Assembly: GCA_039803745.1 (NCBI GenBank)
Contig: JBDRZD010000007.1
Coordinates: forward strand, 1 to 39,893
DNA length: 39,893 nt
Source of the DNA: a candidate division WOR-3 bacterium
GTDB lineage: Bacteria; Hydrothermota; Hydrothermia; Hydrothermales; Hydrothermaceae
Direction of reading: 5' to 3'
Of the stretch, positions 24,881-34,561 are shown piece after piece. The notes under the pieces are model-generated. The model did not search any database, was not told the DNA's origin, and saw only the letters and a list, made by a program, of their open reading frames with translations. The position numbers and the translations under genes are program-made. Numbering within the stretch: the first letter of the stretch is position 1; every line of letters starts with the position of its first letter.

Positions 24881-27800
24881 TTATTTAACTATTGCAATTT
24901 TTCCTTTTATTGTTTTCTTATAATTTTTTTCCAAATTTTCAAATTCTATTTTATAAATATAAATTCCATTAGAGACAAAATTTCCGTCTCTATCTTTTCC
25001 ATTCCATTCTATTTTATTAAATCCTTTATTTATATAAATTCCGCTTTTTTCATAAATTAGTCTTCCTCTTAAAGTATATATTTTTAAATCTATTTTTCCA
25101 TCTTCATTTGTTTCAATTCCAAAATAAACTTTATTTTTTGAAGGATTAGGGAAGGGGAGGCATCTTATAGATATTTTTTCTTCCTCTTCAATGTATATTA
25201 TTTTTGTTTCTATCCCTAAATTATAAAAGTTATCATAGGCAGATACTGTTAAATTTTTGTATCCAGAGGTTATATTTTCAGGTATTTTGAATTTTATTCT
25301 TCCTTTTCTTGGGTCATCATTTTCACATATATAATAATCCGTTAAATCATATTCTTCTTCTAATTTTAATTTTATTCTTTCATTCCCATAGATTAATATT
25401 CCATTTTCATCAAAAATTTCAATTTCAATTTCATCGTTCTTTCTTATTCTTGTAGAATCCTTAATTTCCTTACCAAGATAATATAATTTTATTTTTGGTT
25501 TTGTTGTATCAATCTTTGAGCCATCAAATTCTTTAAAGTATATCGAATCAATAATTCCAACGACCCCTTTCCCTTTTCCTCCATAATAAACTATAAGTTT
25601 TCCAAATGTATCTTGTGGTGATAAGAATTTTGGAATCCCGAAGATTGGATGATATATTCCATTTTTTAAACTGAAATATCCTTTAAAAATATTGTCAGGT
25701 CTTATATAAATAGTATCTATCAAAGGCGGATGATTTGGAGAGGCACCTGTTGTATCAACTTTTTTTCTTGGATTACCAAAAACTTCTAATTTTATTCTTC
25801 CTTCCCCTTCTATTGTATCTATGAATTCAGCCATTGAACCCTTCATTATTGTGTCCAGGAAAGATTTTTGATATGTAAGATTTATATCCGGTTTGGGCAA
25901 ATTAAATATCAGGGCAGGATCACCAAGTAATATATACTTATCAGGAACGCCTGCTGAAATATAAATTTCCCCAAGTGTGTGTATTTTATAATCATAAAGT
26001 ACTTCCATTATTTCGGTTAAAACCCATTTATAATTTCCATAACCTATTAAAGAGGAAGGACCAAGTGTCGCAATTCCTGAATTTGGTGTTATCATGAATC
26101 CTTCACCAACAGAAATTTCAAGTCTATCAAAGGCAGAGGGTTTACATGCCCCAAAAAAGAAAAGAGGTCTTTTGAAATCTATCTCTAATAAGGAGAGGTC
26201 AGCAGGTAAATATATGAGTTTTTCATGAAATATCTGATAAGGATTACCATGTCCCCATAAAAATACAAGAAAATATCCCTTTTTAATTTCTTCATAAAAT
26301 TCTTTTCTTGATAAAGGTCTTGTTCTTGATACATAATCAAAAGGATAAAAGGCAGTATATATTGCATTGAAGTCAATATTTTTTGGTAAACCCATAAGGA
26401 AATCTCTTAATTCATAAGTAAAAATTAAACTACTTTCAGGTCTATCATCATCTGCAACTCCCATTATTTTATTTCTCCATGTTGAGTTTATATCTTCCCT
26501 TTCATAAGTGTGAACTCTTTCAATATAATCAAGAATTTCACCTGCATTTTTTGCAGGTATTCTTCCTATTATCATATCAGGCGGGTCGTTATAAGGGGGG
26601 TCAAATTGAACATAAAATATATCATATGTAAAATCACCTCCTGCATCAGGGTCAAAAACCTCACCCCATTCAGTTGGTGGAATATAATTCTTAACACTCT
26701 TTGTATAATTCTTATAATCATAACTTCCATCACCTGCAAGAAGAACATAAAGTGGTTTTGGTTCTTTCCAGAAATAAAAGGTGTATGCGAGAAAGTTTCT
26801 TATTGAAACAAAATCAGGCATACCAAATCCAAATTCATCATAAATTTTATCCACGGGAACTATTTTTATTCTTGGATTTTGAATTTGAGAATCACCGATA
26901 AATAAATTATTTTTTCTATAATTTAAATATCCTGTAACCGCAGAAATTAATTCTTTATGGGTAATTATAATATAGTCAGCCTGGTTTAAAGTATCCCTTA
27001 ATTCCTTTAAACTTGGTATCAAAATTATACTATGGGGTTTTTTTAAATTCTGGGTGAAATAAAATTCTTTAAAATCTCCTTGATTTTCTATTAAAAATTT
27101 TAATGTATCGTTTTCGTAATCCCATCCTTTTAAAAACAATGGATTTTTATAATCACTTACATCTAATAAATAACCCTTTTTTGTTGTATAAATTTTATAA
27201 AGTATTTTACCTTTTGTTGTATCATAAATATGAATTTCATTAAATGTTCTTAGTATTCTTTTATATTCAATCTCAAAAAAATCAAGATAAAGATAATCTT
27301 CCTTATCCCCTTGTGTTCCTAATATTATTTTAAAATTATTTGAAGTTTTTAGATTATTTACAGAAGAAGTGAAAAAACGAAGTGTATTGTATTCAGTTCT
27401 TGGATAAACTGCTGAATAAATTGTATTTCCATTGAGTTCATATGAAACATGAACAGGGTCTGGATTTGCAGAGCTATCAAGAACAACAATTTCGGTTCTT
27501 ATTTTTCCATCAGGAGAATAAATGTCTTCTAAATTAAAATCAAATGTTCTTGATTCAATATTTAGAGATATCCTTGAAAGGTCTTCCCCTTCCCATCTAA
27601 ATCCTCTTTTTCCAAGATTTACTAAATTTTTTTCATGTCTATAATAATTCAAACAAAAGTTCCTTTCTTTATCCCATATTGTTGGAGAAACATTTAAAGT
27701 ATCCATGAATTCTGAACCACCTTTTTCAAGAGCAAGAAAATAAATAATTTCATCTGAGAATGGGTTTTCGTAATATGAAAATTCATTATTCTGAAATTTT

Positions 27801-28669
27801 CTTCTTTTTGGAGAGGGTGAATAAAATATTAAAGTATCCTTTTCTGTGAAATATCCATCATTATCAATATCTTTGAATATGAAAGGACAGGAGAAAGGAA
27901 GCGGATTTAAATAATGGATACTATCCCTTGCAGGATTAAGTCTTTCTCCAAATAGAGAAAATATCCCAATTTCATTTATTTTATAAAGGGAAGGCTCTAA
28001 ACCAAGGTTTTTTATATCCTCATAAGTAATTTTATATAGCCCTTCTTCTTTAATGATCAATTTGATCCAGAAAGACCTTTCAAAGAAAGAAAGGTTTGAA
28101 TCAAAAATTTTTATATATGGAGAAGTTTTGCTATCAAGAAAATTACCAAAAATTTTATAATCCCTTATCTTCTTATATTTTCCTTTCAACTTTTTATCTT
28201 TTTTATTTATAATAATTTTAGCTTCCTCTATTAAATACAATTTTTTATTTCTAATCATAAATGGAGTATATGCAAGAATTATGCATTTTCTTCCTCTTAA
28301 ACTTCCTATTCCAAGATTTAATAAATTGTTTTCTGGAAAATTAATATATTTATTTTCATCTGGTTTGTATATTGCTTCCATACCATCATTTTTAAAATAA
28401 GGGAATGGCATAACTTTCTTATCTGTTTCAATTTCCTGAGTTTTAACGATTTCAAAATTTATCTCTGCATCCTTATCAATTTCAACTCCTATTTTAAATA
28501 TTTTCCATGGTAATGAAGGTTCCCCTGGATTTGAAAAATCGTGAGTTCCTCCTTTAAAGGAAAGTATTACATATTCACCGCTTTCTATTAATTTAAAATC
28601 AGGTTTTTTAATTTTGATGGTATTTCCATCTATCACAAAAAAACATAAAATAATATTAATCAGGTTCAT
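24881..28669 (-). CDS. C25 (gingipain-family) cysteine peptidase, PorU-like T9SS sortase, paralogue A, with FlgD-Ig/CTD
   Basis: Propeptide GEPSLP; WIKLIIKEEGLYKITY; ADYIIITH, IYDEFGFG, YVLLAGDGSYD, IGRIP, GHG...GAC dyad, YILLGDPA; CTD PFPNP...IYTLRGRLI...WNGKDRDG...NGIYIYK. Start set at ATG 28669 after AGGAG. Confidence 0.9.
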   Translation of the reverse strand: MNLINIILCFFVIDGNTIKIKKPDFKLIESGEYVILSFKGGTHDFSNPGEPSLPWKIFKIGVEIDKDAEINFEIVKTQEIETDKKVMPFPYFKNDGMEAIYKPDENKYINFPENNLLNLGIGSLRGRKCIILAYTPFMIRNKKLYLIEEAKIIINKKDKKLKGKYKKIRDYKIFGNFLDSKTSPYIKIFDSNLSFFERSFWIKLIIKEEGLYKITYEDIKNLGLEPSLYKINEIGIFSLFGERLNPARDSIHYLNPLPFSCPFIFKDIDNDGYFTEKDTLIFYSPSPKRRKFQNNEFSYYENPFSDEIIYFLALEKGGSEFMDTLNVSPTIWDKERNFCLNYYRHEKNLVNLGKRGFRWEGEDLSRISLNIESRTFDFNLEDIYSPDGKIRTEIVVLDSSANPDPVHVSYELNGNTIYSAVYPRTEYNTLRFFTSSVNNLKTSNNFKIILGTQGDKEDYLYLDFFEIEYKRILRTFNEIHIYDTTKGKILYKIYTTKKGYLLDVSDYKNPLFLKGWDYENDTLKFLIENQGDFKEFYFTQNLKKPHSIILIPSLKELRDTLNQADYIIITHKELISAVTGYLNYRKNNLFIGDSQIQNPRIKIVPVDKIYDEFGFGMPDFVSIRNFLAYTFYFWKEPKPLYVLLAGDGSYDYKNYTKSVKNYIPPTEWGEVFDPDAGGDFTYDIFYVQFDPPYNDPPDMIIGRIPAKNAGEILDYIERVHTYEREDINSTWRNKIMGVADDDRPESSLIFTYELRDFLMGLPKNIDFNAIYTAFYPFDYVSRTRPLSRKEFYEEIKKGYFLVFLWGHGNPYQIFHEKLIYLPADLSLLEIDFKRPLFFFGACKPSAFDRLEISVGEGFMITPNSGIATLGPSSLIGYGNYKWVLTEIMEVLYDYKIHTLGEIYISAGVPDKYILLGDPALIFNLPKPDINLTYQKSFLDTIMKGSMAEFIDTIEGEGRIKLEVFGNPRKKVDTTGASPNHPPLIDTIYIRPDNIFKGYFSLKNGIYHPIFGIPKFLSPQDTFGKLIVYYGGKGKGVVGIIDSIYFKEFDGSKIDTTKPKIKLYYLGKEIKDSTRIRKNDEIEIEIFDENGILIYGNERIKLKLEEEYDLTDYYICENDDPRKGRIKFKIPENITSGYKNLTVSAYDNFYNLGIETKIIYIEEEEKISIRCLPFPNPSKNKVYFGIETNEDGKIDLKIYTLRGRLIYEKSGIYINKGFNKIEWNGKDRDGNFVSNGIYIYKIEFENLEKNYKKTIKGKIAIVK

Positions 28670-28850
28670 TTTTTTCAAACTCCTTTAAAGGAATCGCTTC
28701 TTCAACAAGCATTATTGGAATATCCTCTTCAATTCTATAAACAAGTTCGCATTTTTTACATATAAGAACATCCCTTTTTTTATTGTATTCCAAATCTCCC
28801 TTACATTTGGGACAACATAAAATTTTTAAAAGTTCATCAGGTATAGGCAT
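28656..28850 (-). CDS. Trm112/YcaR family protein
   Basis: LLKILCCPKCKGDL......LICKKC...YRIEEDIPIML. Confidence 0.92.
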   Translation of the reverse strand: MPIPDELLKILCCPKCKGDLEYNKKRDVLICKKCELVYRIEEDIPIMLVEEAIPLKEFEKNEPD

Positions 28851-28873
28851 AATATTTTTAATTTTAATATTTT

Positions 28874-31800
28874 TTATTTAACTATTGCAATTTTCCCTTT
28901 TATTGTTTTCTTATAATTTTTTTCCAAATTTTCAAATTCTATTTTATAAATATAAATTCCATTAGAGACAAAATTTCCGTCTCTATCTTTTCCATTCCAT
29001 TCTATTTTATTAAATCCTTTATTTATATAAATTCCGCTTTTTTCATAAATTAGTCTTCCTCTTAAAGTATATATTTTTAAATCTATTTTTCCATCTTCAT
29101 TTGTTTCAATTCCAAAATAAACTTTATTTTTTGAAGGATTAGGGAAGGGGAGGCATCTTATAGATATTTTTTCTTCCTCTTCAATGTATATTATTTTTGT
29201 TTCTATCCCTAAATTATAAAAGTTATCATAGGCAGATACTGTTAAATTTTTGTATCCAGAGGTTATATTTTCAGGTATTTTGAATTTTATTCTTCCTTTT
29301 CTTGGGTCATCATTTTCACATATATAATAATCCGTTAAATCATATTCTTCTTCTAATTTTAATTTTATTCTTTCATTCCCATAGATTAATACTCCATTTT
29401 TATCAAAAATTTCAATTTCAATTTCATCGTTCTTTCTTATTCTCATCGAGTCTTTTATTTCTTGTCCAAGATAAAAAATTTTTATTATAGGTGGGATTTT
29501 GTCCAGCTCAATACCGGCTGCACTTTCTTTGAAATATATTGAATCAATAACACCAACAATACCCCTTCCTTTTCTTCCATAATATAAAAGGAGTTTTCCA
29601 AAACTATCTTCTGATAAATATAAAGGTACAGGAATCTTGGGATTGTATATATTATTCTTTATTTCAAAAATTCCTCTAAATATGTCATCAGGTCTTACAT
29701 AAGTAGTGCAGTGAACATTTGGTAAAAATTTAGGATAAATTTTAAATCTCGGTTCCCCAAAGAGATTTACAATGACTTTTCCATCTAAATTCAGTGTATC
29801 TGTGAATTCAAAAAACAAACCCTTTTCAACTGTATCTATAATTTCACCTTGATAGGTTAAATTTATCAAAGGAGGAGGAATTTGTAAAATTAAAGTTGGG
29901 TCCCCAAGTAAAATATACCACCTTGGAACCTGACTTAAAAAGCAGCATTCACCTAATGTATGGATTTTGTAATCAAACAATATACTTAAAAATGATTCAA
30001 GAACATTCTTATATGTCCCAATTCCTATAAGTGTTGAAGAACCAATTGTTGCAATACCTGAATTTGGTTCAATCATCATTTCTTCCCCAACGCATCTTTC
30101 TATTTTGTTAAAATAAGATGGTTTACAAGTTCCAAAGAAAAATATAGGCATTTTTTCTTTAAAATTCAAATTGCTTATATCAGGAGGAGTATAAATTATT
30201 TTTTGGTTAAATATCTGGATATCTGAGCCATGGCCATAGAAAAAGGCAAGAAAGGCTCCCTTATTTAATTCTTCAAATAGTTTTACCCTTGCAAGCGGTC
30301 TTATTCCATCTTTACTCAGGAAAAAAGAGGTATAAATTTCTTTAAAGTCAACGCTTTTTGGTAAAAATCTTAAAGTTCCCTTTACCTGATTAATGAAGGC
30401 AGTTTGATTTATAAGATGGTCATCTGCAACCCCTATTATTCTATTTCTCCATAAAGAATTGTTTTCTTCTTTTTCGTATTCAATTACCCTTTTTAAATAA
30501 TTATCCAGTTCGTAAGCATTTTCTGCTGGTATTCTTCCAATTATCATATCAGCAGGGTCGTATGGGGAGGGATCAAACTGGACATAATATAAATCATATG
30601 AATAAAAACCTTGGCTAATTTCATCAAAAACTTCTCCCCATTCAGTTGAAGGAACAAAATTTTTATTTAAACCTATATTGTATTTAAAGTCATAGTTTCC
30701 GTTTCCTGCAAGTAAAACATATAAGGGCTCTGGTTTTCTCCAGAAATAAAAAGTATAAGCAAGAAAATTTCTTATTGAAACAAACTCAGGAGAGCCAAAT
30801 CCAAATTCGTTGTAAATCTTATCAGTTGTAACGATTTTAATTTTTGGATTTTTTATCAGGGAATCCCCAAAATAAAGATTGTTTTTTCTATAATTTACAT
30901 AATTTTTAAGAATACTTTCAAATTTTTTATGTGTTATTATTATATAATCCGCTTGATTTAAAGTGTCCCTTAATTCACATAGACTCTGGATAATTGAAAT
31001 TTCTAATGGTTTTTTTGGTTTTTTTGAAAAGAAAAATTCTATTATATTTTCATTTTTCAAAACAAATTTTATAGTATCATTCGCAAAATAAAAGTTCTTT
31101 AAAAATTTTGGATTTTTATAATCTGTAACATCAATTAAATATCCCTTTTCATCACTTTCTATTTTATAAAGAACTTTCCCCTTTGTTGTATCATAAGCGT
31201 GTATCTCATCACCCTTTAAAAATTTTTCATATTCTATTTCAAAATAATCAAGATATAGATAATCGTAATAGTCATTTTCCTTCCCAATAATTATTTCAAA
31301 ATTATTATTTTCTTTTAAATTATTAACAGAAAAAATACTTGTAAAAGGAGTATTTAAATTTGGTGGAGAATATGGAACATAAGCAATGGTGTCCTTGTTT
31401 AATACATATCTTGTATAAATACTATTTGGATTTCCCCTCATCACAACTATACATATTTTTAATTTTCCCCTTTTATTTCCTATATTTCTTAAAAACATAT
31501 TAAATGAATATTTTTTATTCTGGTATGATGTTCTTGAGAGTTCTTCCCCAATCCATCTTAATCCCCTTTTACCAAGATTTATTAAATTCTTTTCATATCT
31601 TTCATAACTTATTGCCTTATCTCTTATTTTTTCATAATAAATAGGACTTACATCTATTTCCTTCATTAATTTTCCACCTCCCCCTTCAAGAGCAAGGTAA
31701 AAATAAGTTGTATCAGTGAAAGGGTTTTCTTCAAAAGAAAAATAGCTTCCATCCCATCTTCTCTTTTTTACAGAGGGAGAATAAAAAAGAATTGTATCAT

Positions 31801-32542
31801 CATTTGTAAAAAAACCATCATTATCTTTATCTTTAAAAACAAATGGGACAATATAAGGGAGAGGATTTAAAAGTTCTAAACTATCCCTTGATGGATTAAG
31901 TCTTTCTCCAAATAAGGAAAAAATTATAAAATTTTCGTAGGAATAAATTGAAGGCTCAATTCCTATTTCTTTCAAGTCTTTATAAGTAATCCTATATATC
32001 CCTTCTTCCTTTGTCTTAATTTTTATCCAAAATGGTCTTTTAAAGAATTCAAGATGACTTTTGTTTTCAAAAGTTTTATTTTTTTCTTTTTTATTTAAAA
32101 TTATTTCAGCATCCTCTATAAAATAAACTTTTCCGTTTTCAACTATAAATGGAGTATACGCTAAAACAAGACATTTTTCTTTTCTTTTGGAACCTATTCC
32201 AAAATTTTTAAGATTCTCATCCGGATATTTTTTGTAACTATCAAGATTCATTTCGTATCTTACAAAAGGTGGTCTTTCTTCTTCATATGGGAAAGGTATT
32301 AAAGGTTTTTGAGCATTTATTTCTTTTTTTGAGATTATTTTAAGATAAGCATCAGCATATTCGTTATCTTTAAGCGGGATATAAATAAATTCCCATGGAA
32401 TATCAGGTTCACCAGGAGAAGAAAAACTTGTTTTCCCATTTTTGAGTTCTAAATAAAAAAATTCACCTGCATCTTTTATTTTAAATTCAGGCTCTTTTAG
32501 CTTTATTATGTTAAAATTAATTATTAAAAATATTAAAAACAT
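28874..32542 (-). CDS. C25 cysteine peptidase, PorU-like T9SS sortase, paralogue B
   Basis: Same architecture as paralogue A: GEPDIP, WIKIKTKEEGIYRITY, ADYIIITH, GHG...GTC dyad, YILLGDPT, and a near-identical C-terminal region. Confidence 0.9.
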   Translation of the reverse strand: MFLIFLIINFNIIKLKEPEFKIKDAGEFFYLELKNGKTSFSSPGEPDIPWEFIYIPLKDNEYADAYLKIISKKEINAQKPLIPFPYEEERPPFVRYEMNLDSYKKYPDENLKNFGIGSKRKEKCLVLAYTPFIVENGKVYFIEDAEIILNKKEKNKTFENKSHLEFFKRPFWIKIKTKEEGIYRITYKDLKEIGIEPSIYSYENFIIFSLFGERLNPSRDSLELLNPLPYIVPFVFKDKDNDGFFTNDDTILFYSPSVKKRRWDGSYFSFEENPFTDTTYFYLALEGGGGKLMKEIDVSPIYYEKIRDKAISYERYEKNLINLGKRGLRWIGEELSRTSYQNKKYSFNMFLRNIGNKRGKLKICIVVMRGNPNSIYTRYVLNKDTIAYVPYSPPNLNTPFTSIFSVNNLKENNNFEIIIGKENDYYDYLYLDYFEIEYEKFLKGDEIHAYDTTKGKVLYKIESDEKGYLIDVTDYKNPKFLKNFYFANDTIKFVLKNENIIEFFFSKKPKKPLEISIIQSLCELRDTLNQADYIIITHKKFESILKNYVNYRKNNLYFGDSLIKNPKIKIVTTDKIYNEFGFGSPEFVSIRNFLAYTFYFWRKPEPLYVLLAGNGNYDFKYNIGLNKNFVPSTEWGEVFDEISQGFYSYDLYYVQFDPSPYDPADMIIGRIPAENAYELDNYLKRVIEYEKEENNSLWRNRIIGVADDHLINQTAFINQVKGTLRFLPKSVDFKEIYTSFFLSKDGIRPLARVKLFEELNKGAFLAFFYGHGSDIQIFNQKIIYTPPDISNLNFKEKMPIFFFGTCKPSYFNKIERCVGEEMMIEPNSGIATIGSSTLIGIGTYKNVLESFLSILFDYKIHTLGECCFLSQVPRWYILLGDPTLILQIPPPLINLTYQGEIIDTVEKGLFFEFTDTLNLDGKVIVNLFGEPRFKIYPKFLPNVHCTTYVRPDDIFRGIFEIKNNIYNPKIPVPLYLSEDSFGKLLLYYGRKGRGIVGVIDSIYFKESAAGIELDKIPPIIKIFYLGQEIKDSMRIRKNDEIEIEIFDKNGVLIYGNERIKLKLEEEYDLTDYYICENDDPRKGRIKFKIPENITSGYKNLTVSAYDNFYNLGIETKIIYIEEEEKISIRCLPFPNPSKNKVYFGIETNEDGKIDLKIYTLRGRLIYEKSGIYINKGFNKIEWNGKDRDGNFVSNGIYIYKIEFENLEKNYKKTIKGKIAIVK

Positions 32543-32549
32543 TATTTAG

Positions 32550-32594
32550 ATTATAAGGAAATAATTGATTTTTTTTCAAATTAAAAATTAAAAT
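32550..32594. promoter_or_regulatory. Interlocked divergent sigma70-type promoters
   Basis: Minus strand: TTGAAA(32579-32574)-N18-TATAAT(32555-32550)-7 nt-ATG 32542. Plus strand: TTGATT(32565-32570)-N18-TAAAAT(32589-32594)-6 nt-ATG 32601. Confidence 0.62.
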
Positions 32595-32600
32595 TTAAAA

Positions 32601-33137
32601 ATGAAAATAAGTGGTGGTTTTTTAAAGGGTAGAATTTTAAAAACTCCAAAAGGGATAAGACCTGCTCAAAGTATAGTGAGAAAGGCAATTTTTGATACAA
32701 TTGGAGAGATTTATGATAAAAAAGTTCTTGATATTTTTGCAGGAAGTGGTAGTTTTGGTTTTGAGGCAATTTCAAGGGGGGCTTCATTCTGTGTATTTGT
32801 TGAGGAAAATATAAATTGTGTTAAAATAATAGAGGAGAATGCCAAAAATCTCGGTATCCTCGATAAAATAAAAATTTATAAAATGGATTTCAAAAAATTT
32901 TTAATTCTAAATAAAGATAAATTTGATATAATTTTCGCATCTCCACCTTATAAATTTATTTTAAAAAAAGATTCAATTAAAAAAATAATTTATATTTTAA
33001 AAGAAGATGGGATTTTTATTTTAGAAACAAGAAAGGAAATAGAATTTAAAGATTTTAAAAATTTTATTTTAAAGGAGGCAATTTATGGCGAAACAAAAAT
33101 TACATATTTCACCGGTTGTATATCCAGGAAGTTTTGA
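32601..33137 (+). CDS. rsmD: 16S rRNA (G966-N2) methyltransferase
   Basis: MKISGGFLKGR..., IRP, VLDIFAGSGSFGFEAISRGA, FASPPY, YGET; located upstream of coaD. Confidence 0.93.
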   Translation: MKISGGFLKGRILKTPKGIRPAQSIVRKAIFDTIGEIYDKKVLDIFAGSGSFGFEAISRGASFCVFVEENINCVKIIEENAKNLGILDKIKIYKMDFKKFLILNKDKFDIIFASPPYKFILKKDSIKKIIYILKEDGIFILETRKEIEFKDFKNFILKEAIYGETKITYFTGCISRKF

Positions 33138-33582
33138 TCCCTTAACTTTTGGTCATATTGATATAATAAGAAGGGCAAAAAAGCTTTTTGGTAAGGTAAT
33201 TGTTGCAGTAGGTTCTCCATCTTCAAAGAATTTTCTCTTTACAATTGAAGAGAGGGTTGAAATAATAAAAAATTTCTTTAAGAATGAAAAAGATATAGAG
33301 GTTGAAAAAATTGATGGACTCCTTGTTGATTTTGTTAAAAAGAAGAATGCAAAGGCAATAATAAGAGGGATAAGGGCTGTTTCGGATTTTGAATATGAAT
33401 TTCAAATGGCTTGGATGAATAGAAAACTTTATCCTGAGGTTGAAGTTGTGTTTCTTTTGCCCTCTGAAAAGTATGCCTATTTATCCTCTTCACTTGTTAA
33501 AGAGATAGCCTTTTTAAAAGGAGATTTGACAGGTCTTGTTCCTGAATTTATTATAGAAAAGATAAAAGAGAAAATTGGATAA
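33085..33582 (+). CDS. coaD: Pantetheine-phosphate adenylyltransferase
   Basis: VYPGSFDPLTFGHIDII, IRGIRAVSDFEYEFQMA, LSSSLVKEIA. Confidence 0.98.
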   Translation: MAKQKLHISPVVYPGSFDPLTFGHIDIIRRAKKLFGKVIVAVGSPSSKNFLFTIEERVEIIKNFFKNEKDIEVEKIDGLLVDFVKKKNAKAIIRGIRAVSDFEYEFQMAWMNRKLYPEVEVVFLLPSEKYAYLSSSLVKEIAFLKGDLTGLVPEFIIEKIKEKIG

Positions 33583-34561
33583 AAAGATACCTTTTATAGA
33601 CAAAGTTAAGATAAAGGTTAAGGCAGGAGATGGAGGAGATGGTTGTATAAGTTTTAGAAGGGAAAAATATGTTCCAAGGGGAGGACCTGATGGAGGAGAT
33701 GGAGGCAAAGGAGGAGATATAATTCTTTATGGAGATAAAAATTTGTGGACCCTTCTTGATTTTAAATATAGAAGATCATTTAAAGCAGAAGATGGAAAAG
33801 ATGGAAAAGGGAAAAATATGAAAGGTAAAGATGGAAAAGATTTGCTATTACCTGTTCCACTTGGAACATGTATTTATGATGCTGAAACAAACCTTAAGAT
33901 AGGTGAGATATTAAAAGAAGGAGAAAAAATAATTGTTGCAAGGGGTGGTAAGGGTGGAAGAGGAAATAAAGCATTTGCAACACCTACAAATAGGGCACCA
34001 AGAATAAGGGAAGAAGGTGAAAAGGGAGAAGAAAAAGTTTTAATACTTGAATTAAAATTACTTGCAGATATAGGAATTGTCGGATTCCCAAATTCTGGAA
34101 AATCAACACTTTTAAAAGTTTTAACAAAAGCAGAACCAGAAATAGCACCTTATCCATTTACAACTTTAACACCAAACCTTGGAGTTTTAGAAACAAAAGA
34201 TTTTAAAAGAATAACAATATGTGATATTCCGGGTATTATTAAAGATGCCCATAAAGGTAAGGGTCTTGGTCTTGATTTTTTAAGACATATAGAGAGGTGC
34301 AATTTCTTAATATTTTTAATTGATATAACTTCTCCTTCTCCTTTAAAAGATTACGAAATTTTAATTTCAGAAATTAAAGAATATAATCCCTTTATTTTAA
34401 ATAAAGAAAAAATTTTAGTTTTCAATAAAATTGACCTTCTCCAAAAAGTGCCCAAGGATTTAGAGGATTTAAAAATAAAAGAAAAAGTTTTTTTCGTATC
34501 TGCTTTAAAAGGAATAAATATTCAGAATTTAAAGGAGGAGATTGAAAAATGGAAAAAATAG
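33575..34561 (+). CDS. obgE: GTPase ObgE
   Basis: FID...AGDGGDGCISFRREKYVPRGGPDGGDGG, ELKLLADIGIVGFPNSGKST, YPFTTL.PNLG, NKID. Confidence 0.98.
   Translation: MDKKIPFIDKVKIKVKAGDGGDGCISFRREKYVPRGGPDGGDGGKGGDIILYGDKNLWTLLDFKYRRSFKAEDGKDGKGKNMKGKDGKDLLLPVPLGTCIYDAETNLKIGEILKEGEKIIVARGGKGGRGNKAFATPTNRAPRIREEGEKGEEKVLILELKLLADIGIVGFPNSGKSTLLKVLTKAEPEIAPYPFTTLTPNLGVLETKDFKRITICDIPGIIKDAHKGKGLGLDFLRHIERCNFLIFLIDITSPSPLKDYEILISEIKEYNPFILNKEKILVFNKIDLLQKVPKDLEDLKIKEKVFFVSALKGINIQNLKEEIEKWKK

Larger units (their letters stand above)
24881..29443. repeat. 570-bp near-identical direct repeat: 24881-25450 and 28874-29443 (3' ends of the two C25 genes)
   Basis: Alignment by eye at offset 3993; mismatches seen only at 24902/28895, 25399/29392 and 25408/29401. 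Confidence 0.92.

Noticed and set aside
24881..29443. Diversity-generating retroelement TR/VR pair
   Set aside because: Both copies are coding ends, there are only three differences and they are not unidirectionally A-specific, the repeat is much longer than a typical TR, and no reverse transcriptase is in the window.
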